DNA of 64,000 nucleotides from an uncultured Gammaproteobacteria bacterium (GTDB lineage Bacteria; Pseudomonadota; Gammaproteobacteria; JABCZS01): NCBI GenBank assembly GCA_964383495.1, contig CAYLHG010000002.1, positions 94,137 to 158,136 of the forward strand, read 5' to 3'. Shown piece by piece: positions 63,535 to 64,000 of this stretch (position 1 is its first letter; each line of letters starts with the position of its first letter). The notes under the pieces were generated by a model. It saw only the letters and a program-made list of their open reading frames with translations, ran no database searches and was not told where the DNA came from. The position numbers and the translations under genes were made by a program.

Positions 63535-64000
63535 GCAACTCCCCAAATTGATTGCGCATCGCGGTGCTTCAAAATATGCACCTGAAAACACGATGGCTGC
63601 TTTCCGAAAAGCATTTGAAATGGGTGCGACGTGGGTGGAAACAGATGTGATGTTAACGCAAGATCTCATTCCCATTTTGCATCATGATGATTCTCTGCAA
63701 AGAACAGCTGGTGTGAATATTTGTGTACAAGATTGTACTTTTGAACAAATTCAACAATATGATGTCGGCGGTTTCTTTTCGCCTGATTTTAAAGACGAAA
63801 AAATTCCAACCCTAGAAATGCTATTAACATTTTTAATTGAAAAAAATATGGGATTAAATTTAGAATTAAAGCCTACATTAAGCGCTGAAATGATCACTGC
63901 TCGAATCGTAATGCAAGCCGTCATTGCCACTGGCTTCCCCAAAGAAAAAATATTAATCTCAAGTTTTTCAATGTTAGCATTGGAACAAGCCTATGCCCGC
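63535..64000 (+). CDS. Glycerophosphodiester phosphodiesterase (GDPD/UgpQ-like). 5' part only; the gene runs off the window end.
   Basis: HRG...PENT...E.DV.LT.D...HD catalytic signature (IAHRGASKYAPENT, ETDVMLTQDLIPILHHD). Its start is 1 nt after the HslV-like stop. Confidence 0.7.

Noticed and set aside
1-64000. Search for CRISPR arrays, IS elements, integrases, rRNA and additional tRNAs.
   Set aside because: No regularly spaced direct repeats, transposase/integrase-like ORFs or rRNA-like sequence were recognised. Only the single tRNA-Gln was found.

Overview
This window is a 64-kb chromosomal segment from an AT-moderate gammaproteobacterium. Gene order and the eukaryotic-like content suggest a Legionellales-like intracellular bacterium, which is an inference. 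The backbone is densely packed housekeeping DNA. It holds a complete 14-gene nuoA-N complex I operon on the minus strand, then hemA-prfA-prmC, and a TPR lipoprotein-lolB-ispE-tRNA-Gln-prs-rplY-pth block. It also holds rho, a tkt-gap-pgk-fba glycolytic operon, a delta-9-type desaturase, two MFS transporters, dsbA-cytochrome c4 divergent from engB, rlmJ, polA, zapE, uvrD and a partial glycerophosphodiester phosphodiesterase. Accessory material is inserted between these conserved blocks. The most striking insert is a compact minus-strand operon at 30.8-35.4 kb. It encodes a Cys-free 116-aa candidate precursor peptide with an aromatic-rich C-terminal core, a radical-SAM/SPASM enzyme with a ~90-aa N-terminal extension, an ABC exporter and a secreted S9-peptidase-like alpha/beta hydrolase. 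A second ABC exporter lies upstream. This looks like an undescribed RiPP-type system of the cyclophane, streptide or darobactin kind. Other accessory items are a U-box (eukaryotic E3 ligase-like) protein and several AT-rich orphan ORFs (403, 414, 216 and 1031 aa) wedged next to nuo, zapE and uvrD. There is also a MazF/RHH toxin-antitoxin pair, and a hipBA module with three 28-bp-phased TATCC-N8-GGATA operators. That hipBA module, together with rlmJ and a frameshifted and internally deleted DUF1016/YhcG nuclease pseudogene, fills the usually tight engB-polA junction. Two tandem paralogous small membrane proteins carry a (TCN)n poly-Ser tail. An orphan HslV-like Ntn hydrolase sits in an operon with a GDPD. 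Upstream of the 414-aa orphan gene, a 12-bp perfect inverted repeat sequesters its Shine-Dalgarno sequence. No rRNA, CRISPR array, IS element or integrase was seen.
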